From Eukaryota sp. GEM-RC1 (lineage: Eukaryota): a stretch of DNA of 64,000 bases. Where the stretch lies: the NCBI GenBank assembly GCA_040285855.1, contig JAUFOQ010000017.1, forward strand, positions 558,001 to 622,000, given 5' to 3'. This document shows positions 34,833-49,036 of this stretch, piece by piece (position 1 is the stretch's first letter; each line of letters begins with the position of its first letter). A model generated the notes under the pieces. That model was not told the origin of the DNA. It was given only the letters and a program-made list of their open reading frames with translations, and searched no databases. A program made the position numbers and the translations under genes.

Positions 34833-34881
34833 TAGTTAATAGATAAACAGAAGTTGTGAAAAAAACTATCTTAATTTTTAC

Positions 34882-36531
34882 ATGGATCTTGTTGAACTTC
34901 AGAACAGAATATACAAGGATCCGGACTCCTATAGGCTTGATTTTGAACAGCAACTCACTGCCTTTGATGCACATCTTGATATTCTAAGACTTCAATCACA
35001 AACAGACAACAAACAGCTATGTACTCTGTTAGGCTTCCTAGCTCAGACAGCTGGCTTATACCGTGAGGATCTCGCTAAAGATCTACCTACAAAACTCATC
35101 AATCTATTAGACAATGCAGCTCTTATGCACCCTCAGATTAGACTAGCCATCGTCAGAGCACTTTTCACCATGAGAACCAAACGTATTGTCTGTGCTGACT
35201 CTCTTACAATCGTCAAACTTGTCATCCCCTTCCTAGCCTTCTCAGACAAGATCCTGCGTGCTTCGATTGAAGCCCTGTTTGTTCGCGATCTCCGCTACCT
35301 CTTCAAAAAACAAGACAAAGAAGCCCGAGCCATTCAAAACTCTCTCTTAATCTATCTTGACCAATGCCGTGACCATTACTCCTCCTACAACGCTCCTTTC
35401 TACCGCTCTTTAGTCGACATCGCCATCAAACTCTTCCGCTACAACCACTGGAAAGACACTCGGACCGTGAACGCCATGATCGCTGCTTGTCACTGCCCCT
35501 ACTCCAAGGCCTCTGGAACAGCCCTGTCCTTCTTTGTAAGTGGGTATAAAGACATTGAAGACGAAGAAGAAGATGAGGGTCCTGACATTAAGTATAACCA
35601 AGAAGCTATTGATTTAGTTCATGATCCTGTTGAAGCAGGAAGGAAACTAGTGCTCATATCACGTGATAAGTCAATGGGATTCAATCCACGCCAACGCATC
35701 ATGTGTTTGCAGGTCGCGTCACTTCTCTCACGTCGGCATGAAGTTGATATTCCAGGGTTCTACTCTTGCATCATTAACTTTCTATCTCCTTCAGTTCCTG
35801 ATGTTTCATTAGCTCTAGCTACTGCTTCCCAAGCTGTACACTCATGCACTGCGCCTGATCAAGTGACTCCCGTGGTTAAAGCTATTGCTGATAGGTTTGT
35901 GAGTGACCGTAATAGATCAGAAGAGCTCGCTATAGGGATCACAGCTATTAGAGAACTCACGTCTAGATGTCCGTGGGCCATGGATGTTGACTTACTACTT
36001 GATTTGATTGGGTATATTAAAGATAAGAATAAGCCAGTTGTCATGGCTGCCAGGTCTCTGTTGCAGAGCTTTAGAGAGGTGGCTCCGGATATGCTACCAA
36101 GAAAGGCAAGAGGTAGACCTCCGAAAAAGGAAAGAGATCAATCAGAAGGTGATGACGTCGACAAGGATGATGATGAGGAAAGTGAATGTGAAGGTCACGG
36201 TGATTTTGAGCTTGATTCCGATGATGACGGTACTGATGAAGAGGAACGTATCAATGACTTGACAATGTTCCAACCTCCAGCTAAAAGAGCTAAAACCAGA
36301 GATGAAAGGTATGCAATGGCCCATGGTGGGGATTCATCCTTTATCTCCAATGCTGAGATGAGAAGAATGAAGAAGGGAGGAGGAACAAGTAACAAAGTGA
36401 AGGAGAAGAAGAAGAGTTTTGTGATGGTAAGGAATTCTCAGAGTAAAAGGAGACAGAAATTAGCTCAAGCTGCAGTTGGTAGTAGAAGGAGGCATATGGA
36501 CGCAATGAGAAGGAGAAAGGCAACGAGTTAG
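34882..36531 (+). CDS. SDA1: 60S ribosome biogenesis protein SDA1
   Basis: LQNRIYKDPDSYRLDFEQQ, AIDLVHDP, QAVHSCTAPD, GITAIRELTSRCP, AARSLLQSFREVAPDML, GGTSNKVKEKKK. Confidence 0.95.
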   Translation: MDLVELQNRIYKDPDSYRLDFEQQLTAFDAHLDILRLQSQTDNKQLCTLLGFLAQTAGLYREDLAKDLPTKLINLLDNAALMHPQIRLAIVRALFTMRTKRIVCADSLTIVKLVIPFLAFSDKILRASIEALFVRDLRYLFKKQDKEARAIQNSLLIYLDQCRDHYSSYNAPFYRSLVDIAIKLFRYNHWKDTRTVNAMIAACHCPYSKASGTALSFFVSGYKDIEDEEEDEGPDIKYNQEAIDLVHDPVEAGRKLVLISRDKSMGFNPRQRIMCLQVASLLSRRHEVDIPGFYSCIINFLSPSVPDVSLALATASQAVHSCTAPDQVTPVVKAIADRFVSDRNRSEELAIGITAIRELTSRCPWAMDVDLLLDLIGYIKDKNKPVVMAARSLLQSFREVAPDMLPRKARGRPPKKERDQSEGDDVDKDDDEESECEGHGDFELDSDDDGTDEEERINDLTMFQPPAKRAKTRDERYAMAHGGDSSFISNAEMRRMKKGGGTSNKVKEKKKSFVMVRNSQSKRRQKLAQAAVGSRRRHMDAMRRRKATS

Positions 36532-36670
36532 GGTTTGATTGAGAGTGAGTGATTGATTGTGGGTGATTTTAGTTAGATATTTTTGTTTAGTTTGTTTTTC
36601 TTTCAAGTGTTTTATTTGGTGCTTGATATTTTTAAATTTGATCTATTTTTTTTAAATGTTTTGTTTTTGC

Positions 36671-37281
36671 CAGGCATTGGGGAACTCTAACTCGACTTCA
36701 CCCCAAACAATAAATTTTACAATTGAGCTTCACTCCAACTCAAGTCACTTGTAGACTTCACTTCACACAAATTTCTTGACTTTTGTCTTTATTAAATTCC
36801 TCTCATTTGACGCTTTTGTCACTTCTACCAGGTATACACAACGGTGACTCAATCTGTTTCGATTCACACTAAAACAAACACTGTTGAATATCCACCGTGA
36901 TGATGTCATCGTAATGCATCTTTCTTTTAACATGAAAATTTCAGTGGTTAATAAAGAACAGTTTCAGAAGTTATTTCAAACACTGTGTTCAAAATTTGGT
37001 AAGAAGTTTAAACAGGTCTTGCTGGACGATGGTGTTAACTTTTTCGCCATTTAAGCGAAAGCATAGATAAGTTTATTTTCCTTTTGGTCAATGATAACTA
37101 CATATAATGTAACTCCCGTTTTTTAGGTGTTTTTTGTAAATTATGTACAATACTTACTCAAAAAGCTAATGAAATAGCAAGTTTCACTCCAACTCGACTT
37201 ACCCATAAAATTTTGGCAGAACTCCACCTCGACTCCATCTCGTAGAATTTTTGGAGTGGAGTGGAGTTTCCAGCATCCCTA
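36671..37281. mobile_element. Old hAT-like MITE
   Basis: Degenerate TIRs caggcattggggaactc / gagtttccagcatcccta; TSD 6/8 (gtttttgc, gttgttga); actccaactc subterminal repeats. Confidence 0.6.
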
Positions 37282-37585
37282 GTTGTTGATGTGTGTCAAT
37301 TCTTTAAGAAGTGACTAAGCTTTCCCGTTTTCTTACAATTATGAGTGCGGACTGCGTTCCTACCTATCGGCCCAACTGAGACTAATGAAAACCAAGTGTT
37401 TTGGATTTGAAGAACCATCGAGACAAACAATTCTGAACAGAATAACAGGGATAGATACATCTCTTCAGCAATACGTCTTTGTTGATCACGAAGTCTTTTC
37501 AGAGTTTAAACTTTACAGTGGAAAGCTCTTACATTCATCAAACAGATAGACAATAAAACATTTAAATTATACTTTTTCTGCTGAA

Positions 37586-39338
37586 ATGTCGTGGCTTCAG
37601 ATTTCTCCGTCATCTTTCATTGACAAAGTACTTCAAGCAACAAAGTTCCAAGACTTCACCATTCAATTCAAGGATGAACAAATCTCATGTCATTCAATGG
37701 TTCTTTCCTTATTCTCCAAGTTCTTTGAGAACCTCTTCACTTTGAAGCTTGAGGATAGTACCGATCACCAAGACTTCTCCTCTCTTCCTGTTTCTGCTTT
37801 ATCGTTTCGTGCTTCCATTTCTTACCTCTATGCCGCACAAGTAGAGATCAACTTTGACACTGTTTACGACTTCTACGTCCTTTCCAGGTACTTCATGGTT
37901 CAAGAATTAAATGATGCTTGTGTTGAATATTTATCTCATCTGACAGGATCTAGTGATTCACTGTTAATGCTGATTAAACTTGCAAACGATCAAAAAGACC
38001 GAGAATTTTTAAAACACTTAGTCCGATTCTTTACTTCAAATCTGTCACTTCAACAAGAAGGTTTTCCTTTATGCTACGAATTCCTGGACGACTTTGTTGA
38101 ACAGAACTGTTTCAAAATTCAACCTGAATGGTTGCTAAGTTGTCTCGCTGAATCTATCCGGTTAAAGAGCATCAACTGTGAGGAGCTTGGGCTTTTGTTA
38201 CAACATGAAGTCTTTCTCATCCTTGATTGTTTTCTAGTTTTCAAATATTTGATACAATCAATCATTCATTTGACAGAATTTATTGACTCTTGTCTTAAGT
38301 TTTCCTTAAAGTTCTTCAATTCAAACAAGCATGAAAGGTCAATTCCACTAGAGTGGCTTTTGAAAATTTTAAAGTTGATGAGTCATCAAAATTTTGCCGA
38401 TTATGATGAAGTGGTTGCCATGATTAGTGTATACACAGATTTCTCAACTCAATCTTTGTTAAATTTAAATTTTTCCATTCTATCAAAACTGATCGCAATC
38501 TCTTCTGATCACAATAATCACAATTTACTGGTCTTTTGTTTACAGTGTCTGAATTCTTCATGGCAAAACAGAAAAGGAAAGTTATGGAATTCTCAGATGA
38601 TATGTGATTGCCTGCTTTCAATCAACATGACATCATTAACTGGAATCGAAATTCAAGATCTAATTCTGTCTCCATTTGGTTCTGATAACGAGTTGATTCT
38701 TCCTATTTCAAAAATCACTAATACTACCATAGTTCCTCTATTGCTTCCAAAAATTCGAAGAAGAAAAGGGCAATTTGGTTACTCAAAATGAGTCTCTTTT
38801 ACTGAAAGTTAGAGAAATGGAAATGGAATTACAACAGCTTTCTAAGCCCAAATTGCTAGCAGAAATACATGTACTAAGCAAAGGAGTTTTAGACAGCAAT
38901 ATGGGTGGTTCAAAATTGGCGGTATTCAACGAAAATACCGAGGTCAGAAAAACAGGAGGTAATGGAAATGGACAGAGTTTTGTGAGGATTATTCCAATTG
39001 ATGGTCACTCTGTAAAAATCATACGACAAGATGATACACATGATGATTTTTCTGATCAAATCGGTTTCAAAAATCCGCACAAGATTCAAAGTGGTATTTC
39101 AATGTCTGTGGCTGTTGGAAGTGATGGTAACATGAGCAAGGGATCTTTCTCCCCTTCAGATCCCAGATTCCCTCCAATTACCAAAGGGGAATCAATAACT
39201 GTTAGATTTACAAATGGTAGAGTGTCTTTCACTCCTTCTACGTGTTCTACTACTTTTACTACTGATATTCCACAAGATTTAGTGTTTGGTTTAGCCATTT
39301 ATGGACAACATCATTCATGGAAGTTGGAGAGATGGTAA
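37586..39338 (+). CDS. BTB/POZ protein with a coiled coil and a C-terminal beta-rich domain; frameshift at A5 38749-38753
   Basis: FQDFTIQF..ISCHSMVLSLFSKFFENLF; removing one A gives PKFEEEKGNLVTQNE, which joins ORF 38775-39338. Confidence 0.8.
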
Positions 39339-40262
39339 AGCTTGAAGATCAAACACTGTAACTCTTTTATTGCTATTAATGGACTTTTATACACACAATA
39401 CATCATTGGCCTGTGCAAAACAATACCATTTGACTTAATCACATTATACCGTTATCATCAAAAAGTTTTGAAATTTTTGTAATCCAACATCTCCTTCCAG
39501 TACCTGTAACTATGAAGGAATCAATAGTCCCAATCCAACATATAGTTTTTCCAAAAAATTGTGTCAGTGATACTAGTTTTGAGCTGATTAAATACAGTGC
39601 CCAGACCACCGGAAACCTACAACCCCTCATCAACACCACGGTTGTTTTAAATCTTTGTGAAAATTGACTTCCCAAATGGCTATCAGTACTGAACTGAGCA
39701 AAAATCAAACTATGATGAACTGTATTTCGAATTCTGAAACTGACACACATTTCGATCGGAAGTCTCTAATAGAACAAAATAATCGAACACAAACACTGTG
39801 TTTAAAACTCTACTTGGACTTGATTCTGTTTTATCTCCTTGTAATTATTTCGAGACTGTCAAAATTCCAAAAACAAATACTTTATCAAATCTAACAATCT
39901 GAAACAACAAATTTTCTCAAAAGCTGAGACTGATCATTTACTAACTCATTCACCAATTTAGAAAAATGAGAATCTAAAAACACTAACAAAGGAATCGGCA
40001 AAAATCCGCTCAGAGCTGAGTAAGAATGTTGTCAATTACACACTCGAACTTCATAAGAACCAAGATTATCAGTACATTGATGTTGAATACACTAGAACAT
40101 GATTAAACACTGATTCTTACTTCCATTCACTCCCCATACTATATCTTTGTTAATTCAACAATTTGGACTTATATGAAAAGCAACAACCAAAGTCTAGGAG
40201 CAATAAGTACAAAAAGGAACAAAACAGTGTCAATTTAATTAAATACTAAAAATTCTAAAAAA

Positions 40263-41642
40263 CTAATCAGACTCATCCTTCTTCCTCTTAGAATCCTTAT
40301 CTCCATCCTTACGTCTCTTTCTACGTTCTCTTCGCTCTTCCTTAGACTCATCTTCCTTCTTGTCCTTCTTCTTTTTCTTATCCTTCTTCCCATCCGTCTC
40401 AAGCTGAGGCACTGATTCCTCTTTAACCTTAACCTCCTCCATTGGTTGCACAACATTACTAACTGTTGGATTATCACTAGCATTATTAAGATAGGTATAC
40501 TTGCTCATCCAATCTGTAGGAGTTTCTTCATTAGGCTTTCCATACTTATCTAACTTTCCCTCCTCAATCATCTTCTTCTTCTGAACAGCGCGTGGGCCTA
40601 AACCCCATTTACGAGGATAAGTATTCCTGTCCATGACAACACGCTTAGTTTTAGCAACAATTCCATGATCAACTGATGAAATAACAGTAGAAGCCATCTG
40701 ACAGATAGCTAGAGCGATTGCCTCACCTTTAGTTGTTACTAAAACACACTCGTCACCAGCATCAAGACCAGCATCAAATCTTAAAACACCAGGAACCATG
40801 AGCTTAGCTCCATAACAGATAGCATTAACAGTTGAATCCTTGACAATGATTCTCTTGTAGTTAGTGAGAATAGTTTCAAGAGGGCGAATGACCTTGCGGA
40901 GATAGGACTCGTCACCCTTTGCTTCGAATAGATACTGAGCATCTTTAAGATCGAACATAGTGTATAGATTGTCATTCTCAGTCATTATACCGGAGCGAGT
41001 ACGGCGGAGTTCCTGCATATGACCACCACAGCCAAGTAGAAGACCAAGATGCACGCAAAGGGTTCTCATATAGGTACCAGCTTGACAACTTGATGAAAAG
41101 AGGGCTAATTGGTTTTCCTTGTCAAACTCCATGAGTTCTGACTTGTAGATGGTACGGAGACGGAGTTGGCGCTTGACAGCACTGATTAATGGGGGCATTT
41201 GGAAGAGGGTGCCGGTAAGAGTTTGAATGGCGTTGCGGAGCTTCTCTTCGTCTTTCATGTCTTCGTGGAGGCGGAGAATACAAACGTATTCTTTACCTGC
41301 ACCTTGTTGGGACTTAACAAGTCGAGTAGCCCTGTCGATACAAACAATGAGACATCCAGTTACCTTAGGATCTAAGGTACCACTATGACCAGTTTTGTCG
41401 CACTTAAGAATGCGTTTGATCCAAGCAACAACTTCATGAGATGATGGGTTTGCTGGCTTGTCAAGGTTGATGACACCGTACTTCATATATTCCTTGATAG
41501 GACGTTTGAAAGGAGACCATCCGGATGCAATAGGGGTGTAATGATTGGACTTAACAACCATCTTGTCAAAATCCTTGAGCAAGAGCGGCCATTGTTCGGG
41601 TTTAATTTCGTCCGTTGTTTGAGGTGGAAGAGCGTCTGTCAT
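40263..41642 (-). CDS. CBF5: H/ACA snoRNP pseudouridine synthase Cbf5/dyskerin
   Basis: [33 protein letters not shown] domain, KKD-rich tail. Confidence 0.98.
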   Translation of the reverse strand: MTDALPPQTTDEIKPEQWPLLLKDFDKMVVKSNHYTPIASGWSPFKRPIKEYMKYGVINLDKPANPSSHEVVAWIKRILKCDKTGHSGTLDPKVTGCLIVCIDRATRLVKSQQGAGKEYVCILRLHEDMKDEEKLRNAIQTLTGTLFQMPPLISAVKRQLRLRTIYKSELMEFDKENQLALFSSSCQAGTYMRTLCVHLGLLLGCGGHMQELRRTRSGIMTENDNLYTMFDLKDAQYLFEAKGDESYLRKVIRPLETILTNYKRIIVKDSTVNAICYGAKLMVPGVLRFDAGLDAGDECVLVTTKGEAIALAICQMASTVISSVDHGIVAKTKRVVMDRNTYPRKWGLGPRAVQKKKMIEEGKLDKYGKPNEETPTDWMSKYTYLNNASDNPTVSNVVQPMEEVKVKEESVPQLETDGKKDKKKKKDKKEDESKEERRERRKRRKDGDKDSKRKKDESD

Positions 41643-42344
41643 TTTCTACCAGGAAAGTACTTTAGAGGAAATTCTTATGTCCAGACTGTAAATTTCATTC
41701 CGAACGACTCAGTAGTAGATGATCCTCCCAACTAAATCCTGCTCCTACTTTTGTCATATCCGGCATCACAGACACGCTATACTATGAGATGATACGGTAA
41801 GACTGAGATAGCTTCATACGCATAACTCTGCCCGACCTTTTATGGTGGACTGATTTCTTCAAGGGAGATCTTTTTCTTCTTGACTGCCTTCGTTGGTGTT
41901 CCTCCTTTTCTTCTTCTCGATCATTTTTAGGTGAACGCTGGTTTGACTCATCTAGCTGCCGTTAGGTTCGAATGTCGTGACCTGTTTGTCCACATTCTCC
42001 ACACTCTCTTTCTTTACGAGTCTTTTTCGTTGCAGTCTTTTTTCGATCTCTCTTCAAATAGATATTGATCGAAGAACTGAGATCTCTATTCCAATAAGTC
42101 TTGTACCTCTATCCTTTTTCGAAGAAAAGTTTCAATTTACTTTTTTTAATTTTTTTCTCTTTGAGGCACATCTTAATTCGCTCTGGGATATGTAATTTAA
42201 CTTGGTTCAAATCTGTTCTTTGATGCTTTAAGTTTCTTTTACAAAGCCTTTTTGATCCTCCTTGACTGATTAAAGTTAGTTTATTAGTTACAATTGTTGA
42301 ACAAATTAGTCGATTTTAAACCTTCTGACCAATTCTAATTTTTC

Positions 42345-43400
42345 TCAAAGGAAATTTGAGGAAGTGTTGTCACAATGAATTAATGACTTTATTTTTTCTT
42401 GACACACTTTGTTGGTGCGGTGAAGAGGATGGTTTAGAGAAGGAGTTTCTATAGTTACTTCTAGAAAGAAAGATGATCTAGGAGCACGAGGATGAGAGTG
42501 AGAGGCTTCGGAGTCTGTTAAGACAGAATTCTGATGGAGGTATAAAGTTTGAGTGATCATTAAGTCAAGGGAGTTAAAAGGTGATAGACGATGCTCATAG
42601 AAGAGAGAATTTCCAAGTGAGGAGGATTTGATACCCTTTAGGAAAGCTTCTACAATAATCTTGGGGCGGCTAAGGCAGATCAATTTCTGACAGCGGCTAA
42701 CAACGGAACGGAGCTGTTCGAGATAAGCATTGAGGGCTTCGGTATTACTGACTCTCAAGACGACGACGATTATTTAAATGTCACTTAACATTGTGAGTCT
42801 GTTTACACTACAATGGTACTAAGTTTAAATCTATCTACAAACCATTTTTCGGTTTTTAAAGATTTCCCAGGATCTAAAATAATGGTTTGATTGATTGTAA
42901 TAATTGTTTTATTTCCGTACGCTAGAATTCGAAGCTGTTCAGTCGAGGAAAAACTCGTTCAAAGAACCTGTTTGAAGAAAACGGCGGGCTTCATCTCTAA
43001 TAGTCTTTAGTAATTATGAAAAAAGACCTCAATTGTTTACCTTCCTATTTTGGAGAATATAGAGTTAACAGATGACGTGGAATCAACAATTCATAGTTGT
43101 CTTGGATTCTGACCAAAATGGACTTATCTTGCCATTCAACAAGCTTTTGTGAACAAATTCTCAGTTTGGTAACAAAAGAAGAACCAATGACAAAGCAACC
43201 GAAGTTGACGGTCATCCAATAGAGAAATTATTGTAGAATCTTTGTTAAGTGCATTAGGATCAGATGTATAACGATCCAGTAGTCTGCTAACATCAGTGTG
43301 AAGAAATGCTTCATCAATCATTTTTTTACCAGTGATGGTGGAATAAACAACTTGACAAAAAGCTTCGAATTCCATTGGGTCTCTGGGAGCAAAACAGATC
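42345..43400 (-). mobile_element. Decayed LTR-retrotransposon gag-like remnant
   Basis: Capsid-like LEQLRSVVSRCQ..KIIVEAFLKGIK..L..SLDLMI; fragmented ORFs. Confidence 0.45.
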
Positions 43401-44956
43401 GAAGAAAAACTGAATCATCATTGTTGGATCAGATGGCGTCTGAGAGCCGTAATGGTAGTAATTCTTAAAGTTTGTAATTGTCTCCTCTTCTTGTAGTGAA
43501 GGTTAGGCTGATCTTCTCCTTGGGTGCAATTGTTGTGCAACGATGACGTCATTGTTGGTCCGTGCACAATGTAAAGGGAAAAGTATTTATAAGTAGAAGT
43601 CTTTAAGACTTAATATAATCGAAGAAATCTCTTAAAGACATTTAGAAGCTATAAAAGTAGCGGTAGTTCTGGTTTTAGTAAGATGAAAAAGGAAATTCAA
43701 TGGTTGGTTGGTTGTTATTGTGGGAGATTTTTCAAAATTATTATATTCTGAAATAATAAACCGGTATTTCCACCACCTTAATGGTGTAACTGTAACTTAA
43801 TTCCACTTTTTCATTAAAGCTGCCTTCGTCGAAATCTCTTTGCTTTCTCTCTGACTGAGAAAAAACTCAATAGAGTCAACAATTGATTAGATCACGTTGT
43901 CTGAGCAGCTTTGAAGTAAATTTACTGTTATGATCTCAAAAAAGAAGGTCCATGGTCATGTGTTTCTCTTACATTGGTTCTGTGTTTGATATTATGTTTG
44001 TATTTTGATATATTGGTCCAATAAAGACGAATTCTGTAAGAGGAATAATGAGAGATAAGAGCAGCGATCATTTGGTTGGTCCTTGGTTGTCCTCTCAGGA
44101 AATAATTATGCACTTTACTTTACAACAGTTGATCCTTGCGACTCAATTTCTGTTAACAAAATTATAGACTAAAAACATTCGACTCTTGAATGTTCGGAAA
44201 TGAAAAATTTATTACCAAGATGAAATCTCATTGACACAATCCAATTGTTTTCCATCCTTTTAATAATTCGATTTACTCAACATTTGGTAATGTTACATAA
44301 ACAGTTCTCACATCTTTCGGAAAGAGTACGGCTTGTATTCTAATGAAAATTACTGCGAAGGGAACAGTTGCCATTTTGACTTTTATAAGCAATATTTAGG
44401 TATTTTGATTGGAAGTAAATGGGAGTAAGATGGTATTTTTGGACAGTACTGCTTCAAAACGAGTTGTTACAGAGCTACATGTATTTCTCTTCTTGAGGGA
44501 GAATGAATGATCGAAAACAATAAACTAGAATGGGTTTTAAACACTTCTTGGACTCAGGGATTGGAAAACATATATGTACATTCGCATTCGCCTTCAACTG
44601 TCGACTTATTGCTTCAAGCACAAGCATTTCAGAATACATTGACCCTTCAATCATATATACCCCTATAATGTAGTGGAATGGCTCTTCAGTCACACAAAAC
44701 TCACTTTAGGTTGTTATAGGCATGCCTTAGATCAGTTTATCATAGAAAAAAGCAGTTCTTGCTGGACAAACGTGCTTTCTGGAACGATAAAACAATTCGC
44801 TGGATTTTCAACTCGTAGAAAAAACTGTTGATGCAAATAAACTCCGTTATATTTGTGTTTTCCAATAATGCAATATAATGTCCATAAATATATATTTATT
44901 GTTCACAATAACAATGCCAAATGCCATGTTTTCAAAAACAAATAACTTTATAAAAA

Positions 44957-47900
44957 CTAACAATTAGTAACAACTAATTCTCTCAAACGCTGTGCCTGTT
45001 CATCTCCTAATTCATTTACTAATCTAGAGAAATGCGAATCTAAATTAGATAACAAATCAGATGGCTTTCCAACTTCAATAACTTCCCCACTATCAAGAAC
45101 AACAATCCTATCATAATTCAAAATAGTGTCCAATCTATGTGCAATTGTAATAACAGTAGTATTACCAAAAGATTCTCTAAGAACCTTCTGGATTGCTTGA
45201 TCTGTTGCAAAATCAGTGCTGCTCGTAGCTTCATCAATCACAATGATTTTTGATTGACGACCAATAGCTCGTGCCAAACAGACAAGTTGCCGTTCACCAC
45301 TTGAAAGATTAGATCCATTATCAGCAATCACCTTCTTCAAACCTTCCTGATTCGCAAGATGATTCAACTGAGCCTTTTTAAGAAGGTCAATAACCTCGTC
45401 ATCAGTCAAAACCTTCCTCAAATCAATATTGTCACGGAGATTTCCAGAGAACAACACGGGGTCCTGTGGAATGGAAGCCATGACTGACCGTAAAGTCTGA
45501 AGAGGAACTGTTCGAATGTCGACATTGTCAATTAGAATCTTGGATAGCTTCTCAGGAACTACAATCATGAACAACGCCATCATTAACGAAGTCTTGCCAC
45601 TCCCACTTCTTCCACATACTCCAATACGTTCACCTCCTTCTATACTAAGAGACAACTCTTTAATAGCTTGGGGTAAACCTTCTCTATATCTCAAACTAAG
45701 TTTGTCAATCTCAATACTGCCAGTTGCTGGCCATTCCTTTGAAAGAGAAGAGGATCCTTTAGGAAGGTAGTTCTCAGAGGGCAACTCAATGTAATCAACA
45801 ATTCTCTCGACTGAAGCCATTGAAGACTCGAGTTCAACGGTAGCGATAACAACAAAACCCAACATGTGGAGGAAATGGAAAGCGTGGGACAGAGTAACAC
45901 CAGCATAAGCAGCGGAGATTTCAGCCATTACAATGAATCCCACTACGAAGATCATAACGAAGGCAGAGAGGAGAGCCAAACGGAAACTTAACCAGCAATT
46001 AGCTGAAATTACCGAGAAAGTACCTCCAGAAGAATGGTCAAGACGCTTCTTGAACTTTTCTACAAACATTGGCTCCATTTGACCCGCTCTAATTACAGAA
46101 ATACCAGTAACAGTCTCAGATAGAACTGAAAAGACAGGAGACTTGAGAGTTGCTTGTAAACGTGATAGCTGACGTGATGTCTTTCTGTAATACTTTTGAA
46201 GAATATAAAAGAGTACGGAAAGGAACGGAACAAAAACAATAAAATAGGGTAAAATAAATGAAATTAATACAAGTGATGCAAATACGGATATGTAGGTGGT
46301 GAGACCAAAGTTAAAAGCAAACGCCAAGTTATTATCAGCATTTGTCAAGTCTCTAGAGACTCTGTTTTGAATTCTTCCCAAAGGAGTACTTTCAAAGAAC
46401 CTGATTGGAGATCTGACTAGACCTGAAATCATATCTGAGTGGAGGTTCTTGGAAGCCTTTAACATGGCGAGGAAAAGGAACGTCATTGATCCGACTGTGA
46501 AGAGAGAGTTTCCTAAACGGAAGCTAGCGAATAATTTTAAAAAATTAGGTAGTGATTGATCATCAGACTCAAGAAAAACTGAGAGATTTAAATCCGACAC
46601 GATTAATAGAGCTTGAGTGGTCATGAATAAAACTAATACTAAGAAAACCATTGGAGCTCCACCTAAAGCCTTGAAATACTTCTTAAAGATGGCAAACTTT
46701 ACAGTTCCTTCGGTCACGTTTTCTTCTTCTTCACCTCCTTTCATTTCTTCTTTTACCTTCACTGTATCGTCAACGTCCACTTCAACACAGCCAGTATCAA
46801 CTGACTGACGGCGAAGGTCTTCTTCAGCGGGGAGAGAAGAAAGAACAGAAGCAAGGAATGGGTGGGTTTCGAGTTCAGAGAAAGAACCTTGAGCTGCAAT
46901 GGTTGAATCTTCAAGAATTAAAATTTTAAAATCGTACTTTGATTGTGATTTGACCAAGTTAACGTGATGAGTTGCCAAAACCATTGCAATTCCATTCTGA
47001 GACAATAACTTACAAGTCCGTTCTAGTATATGAGTAGCAGATCGAGAATCTACAGCAGAGATAGGATCATCTAACAGAACCATCACGTTACATTCTTTCC
47101 TCTTTTGAGAGATAGTTTGGTACAAACAACGAGCTAGAGCAACACGTGCTTGTTGACCCCCACTAAGGGAAACTCCACGTTCACCAACGACAGTTTGATC
47201 CCCATTAATGAGTTGTTCAAAATCAGGAAGGAGAGCACACGTGTCAACGATTGACTGGTATAGAGAAGAGTCAAGGTCTTCATCTATCACAATATTAGAC
47301 TTAATTGATGAGTTCAAAAGCCAAGGATGTTGAGAAGAATATCCAACAAACAAGTTCTGTAGGCGTTGCACTTTACCATCACAACAGTTAAGTTCTCCAA
47401 GTAGAGAGAGAAGGAAGGAAGTCTTACCACTGGCAACAGTACCAGCGACAACGTAGAATTCTCCAGATTTTATGCAACAATTCAGTTTGTTTAATTCAAA
47501 TTCATTAGCCTTTTTCTTCTTCTTCAGCAGGAGGTTCAACCTTTTCATCTTGTTTTCCTTTCTTTCTGCGCTTAGACTTACTTTCCTCAAAAGCTTTAAT
47601 CAACTCATCGACATTATCACGAGTTGATACATAATTAAAGGACGCGTCTTTGAATTCAATCAAAACATCACCAATATCTTCGCTTTTCATCACGTCAACA
47701 TTTGATTGAAGCTCAGAAATCTCCTCGTTCAACAAAACAGCTTCCAATCTCCTAATACTAATCTTACCATCAGCAAGTCTAGCTACGGCGGTTGAAGCAG
47801 CCATAAGAGGCATTGACAACGACATAATCAGAATAATGGCGGTGAAACTATTAGAAGCAGAAAGCTCGACTCCGCGATATACTTGAATAACGAAGACTAG

Positions 47901-48845
47901 AAGTGTCATTAGTACTGGTTGAACAAACATAACAGAGAATAAAACACTTCTGTAGATAGCGACCATTCGCAAGAAACCCAACTCAGAAAGTCTTTTGTCA
48001 ACAACTTTATCCTTGAGTTCGTCTTCGTAAGCACCGAGTTTTACAGCTTTAATTCCAGCCATGACTTCGGTGGTGAGCTTTACTCTAGAATCACTAGCAA
48101 TCAACGACTGAGCTCTAACCTTCATCATAGCTTTGGTCGTCTGGATTGAAATCGGGATGGATATTAGAGGAACTACTAGAGCAAAAGCAAAAGAAGGACC
48201 AATGAAGTAGAATAGAAGTATTACAGTTCCAATGAAGCGAGCAGGAGCAGTGAAAACATTGTAAATGACGTTCAGCAGCATATAGAGGGATTCACAATCT
48301 TGAGAAACAACATTGGTAACTCTTCCACCTCCGATCTTTGAGAGAGCAGGGCGGGAGAGGACGGTGGTTTTGTTGAAGACGGCGTTGGAGAGGACAGCTC
48401 TGATACCAAGAGCAGTTCGAAGGGATTTGAAGGTGAATATGGGTTGTAGAATACCTTGGATGAACATGACAAGGATAACAGCTCCTCCTAGGATGATTCT
48501 AGATTCGATGTCACGCTCCTTTTCAAAAGAAGCGATGAAGAGATTGAAGAAGATAGGGAACACGAGGGAGAGGCCTTCACGTAGAGCATGGTAGGTTAAA
48601 GCAGCATAGAACTGGGATTTAAACGTGGCCTTTAAACTAGAGTAAAGCGAGGGACGATCTTGACAACGTTCTTTCTGCCAGTTGCGATTGAATCGAAACT
48701 CCAAATTACGGATTTGTTCAGAAGGAAGTGGTTCTTCGGGGATGTCTTCTGGGCGGAGAACTTGCTTGACACCCTTCTTAATCAATGGAGATGCATGACC
48801 AAAGGTGAGCGCTGACCAACAGCCAGTTTTTACCTCTGTTGGCAT
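44957..48845 (-). CDS. ABCC/MRP-family full transporter without TMD0; frameshift at A5 ~47511-47515
   Basis: NBD1 GTVASGKT, VGERGVSLSGGQQARVALAR, LLDDPISAVD; FFESTPLGRIQNR; NBD2 GRSGSGKT, LSSGERQLVCLARA, DEATS, IAHRL. Confidence 0.95.
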
Positions 48846-49036
48846 GAAGGCAAAATGACTTGATAGATTGAGAGGAAAAGTTCAACCATCATAATTTATC
48901 AACCCAATTGGAAGACATATTCCAAATCTAGATATATATGTATCAACACTATTTTTGGTTGCAGATTCTTTGCAGGACACTTCTATAGTATTTTTTCACA
49001 TTTGGAGGATATCTGCCACTTGACTTTTAGTTGACA

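Noticed and set aside
47505..47520. Euplotes-type programmed +1 frameshifting or stop-codon reassignment as the cause of split ORFs
   Set aside because: No shared AAA-stop motif across sites, both +1 and -1 shifts are needed, and TAA, TAG and TGA all end conserved genes normally
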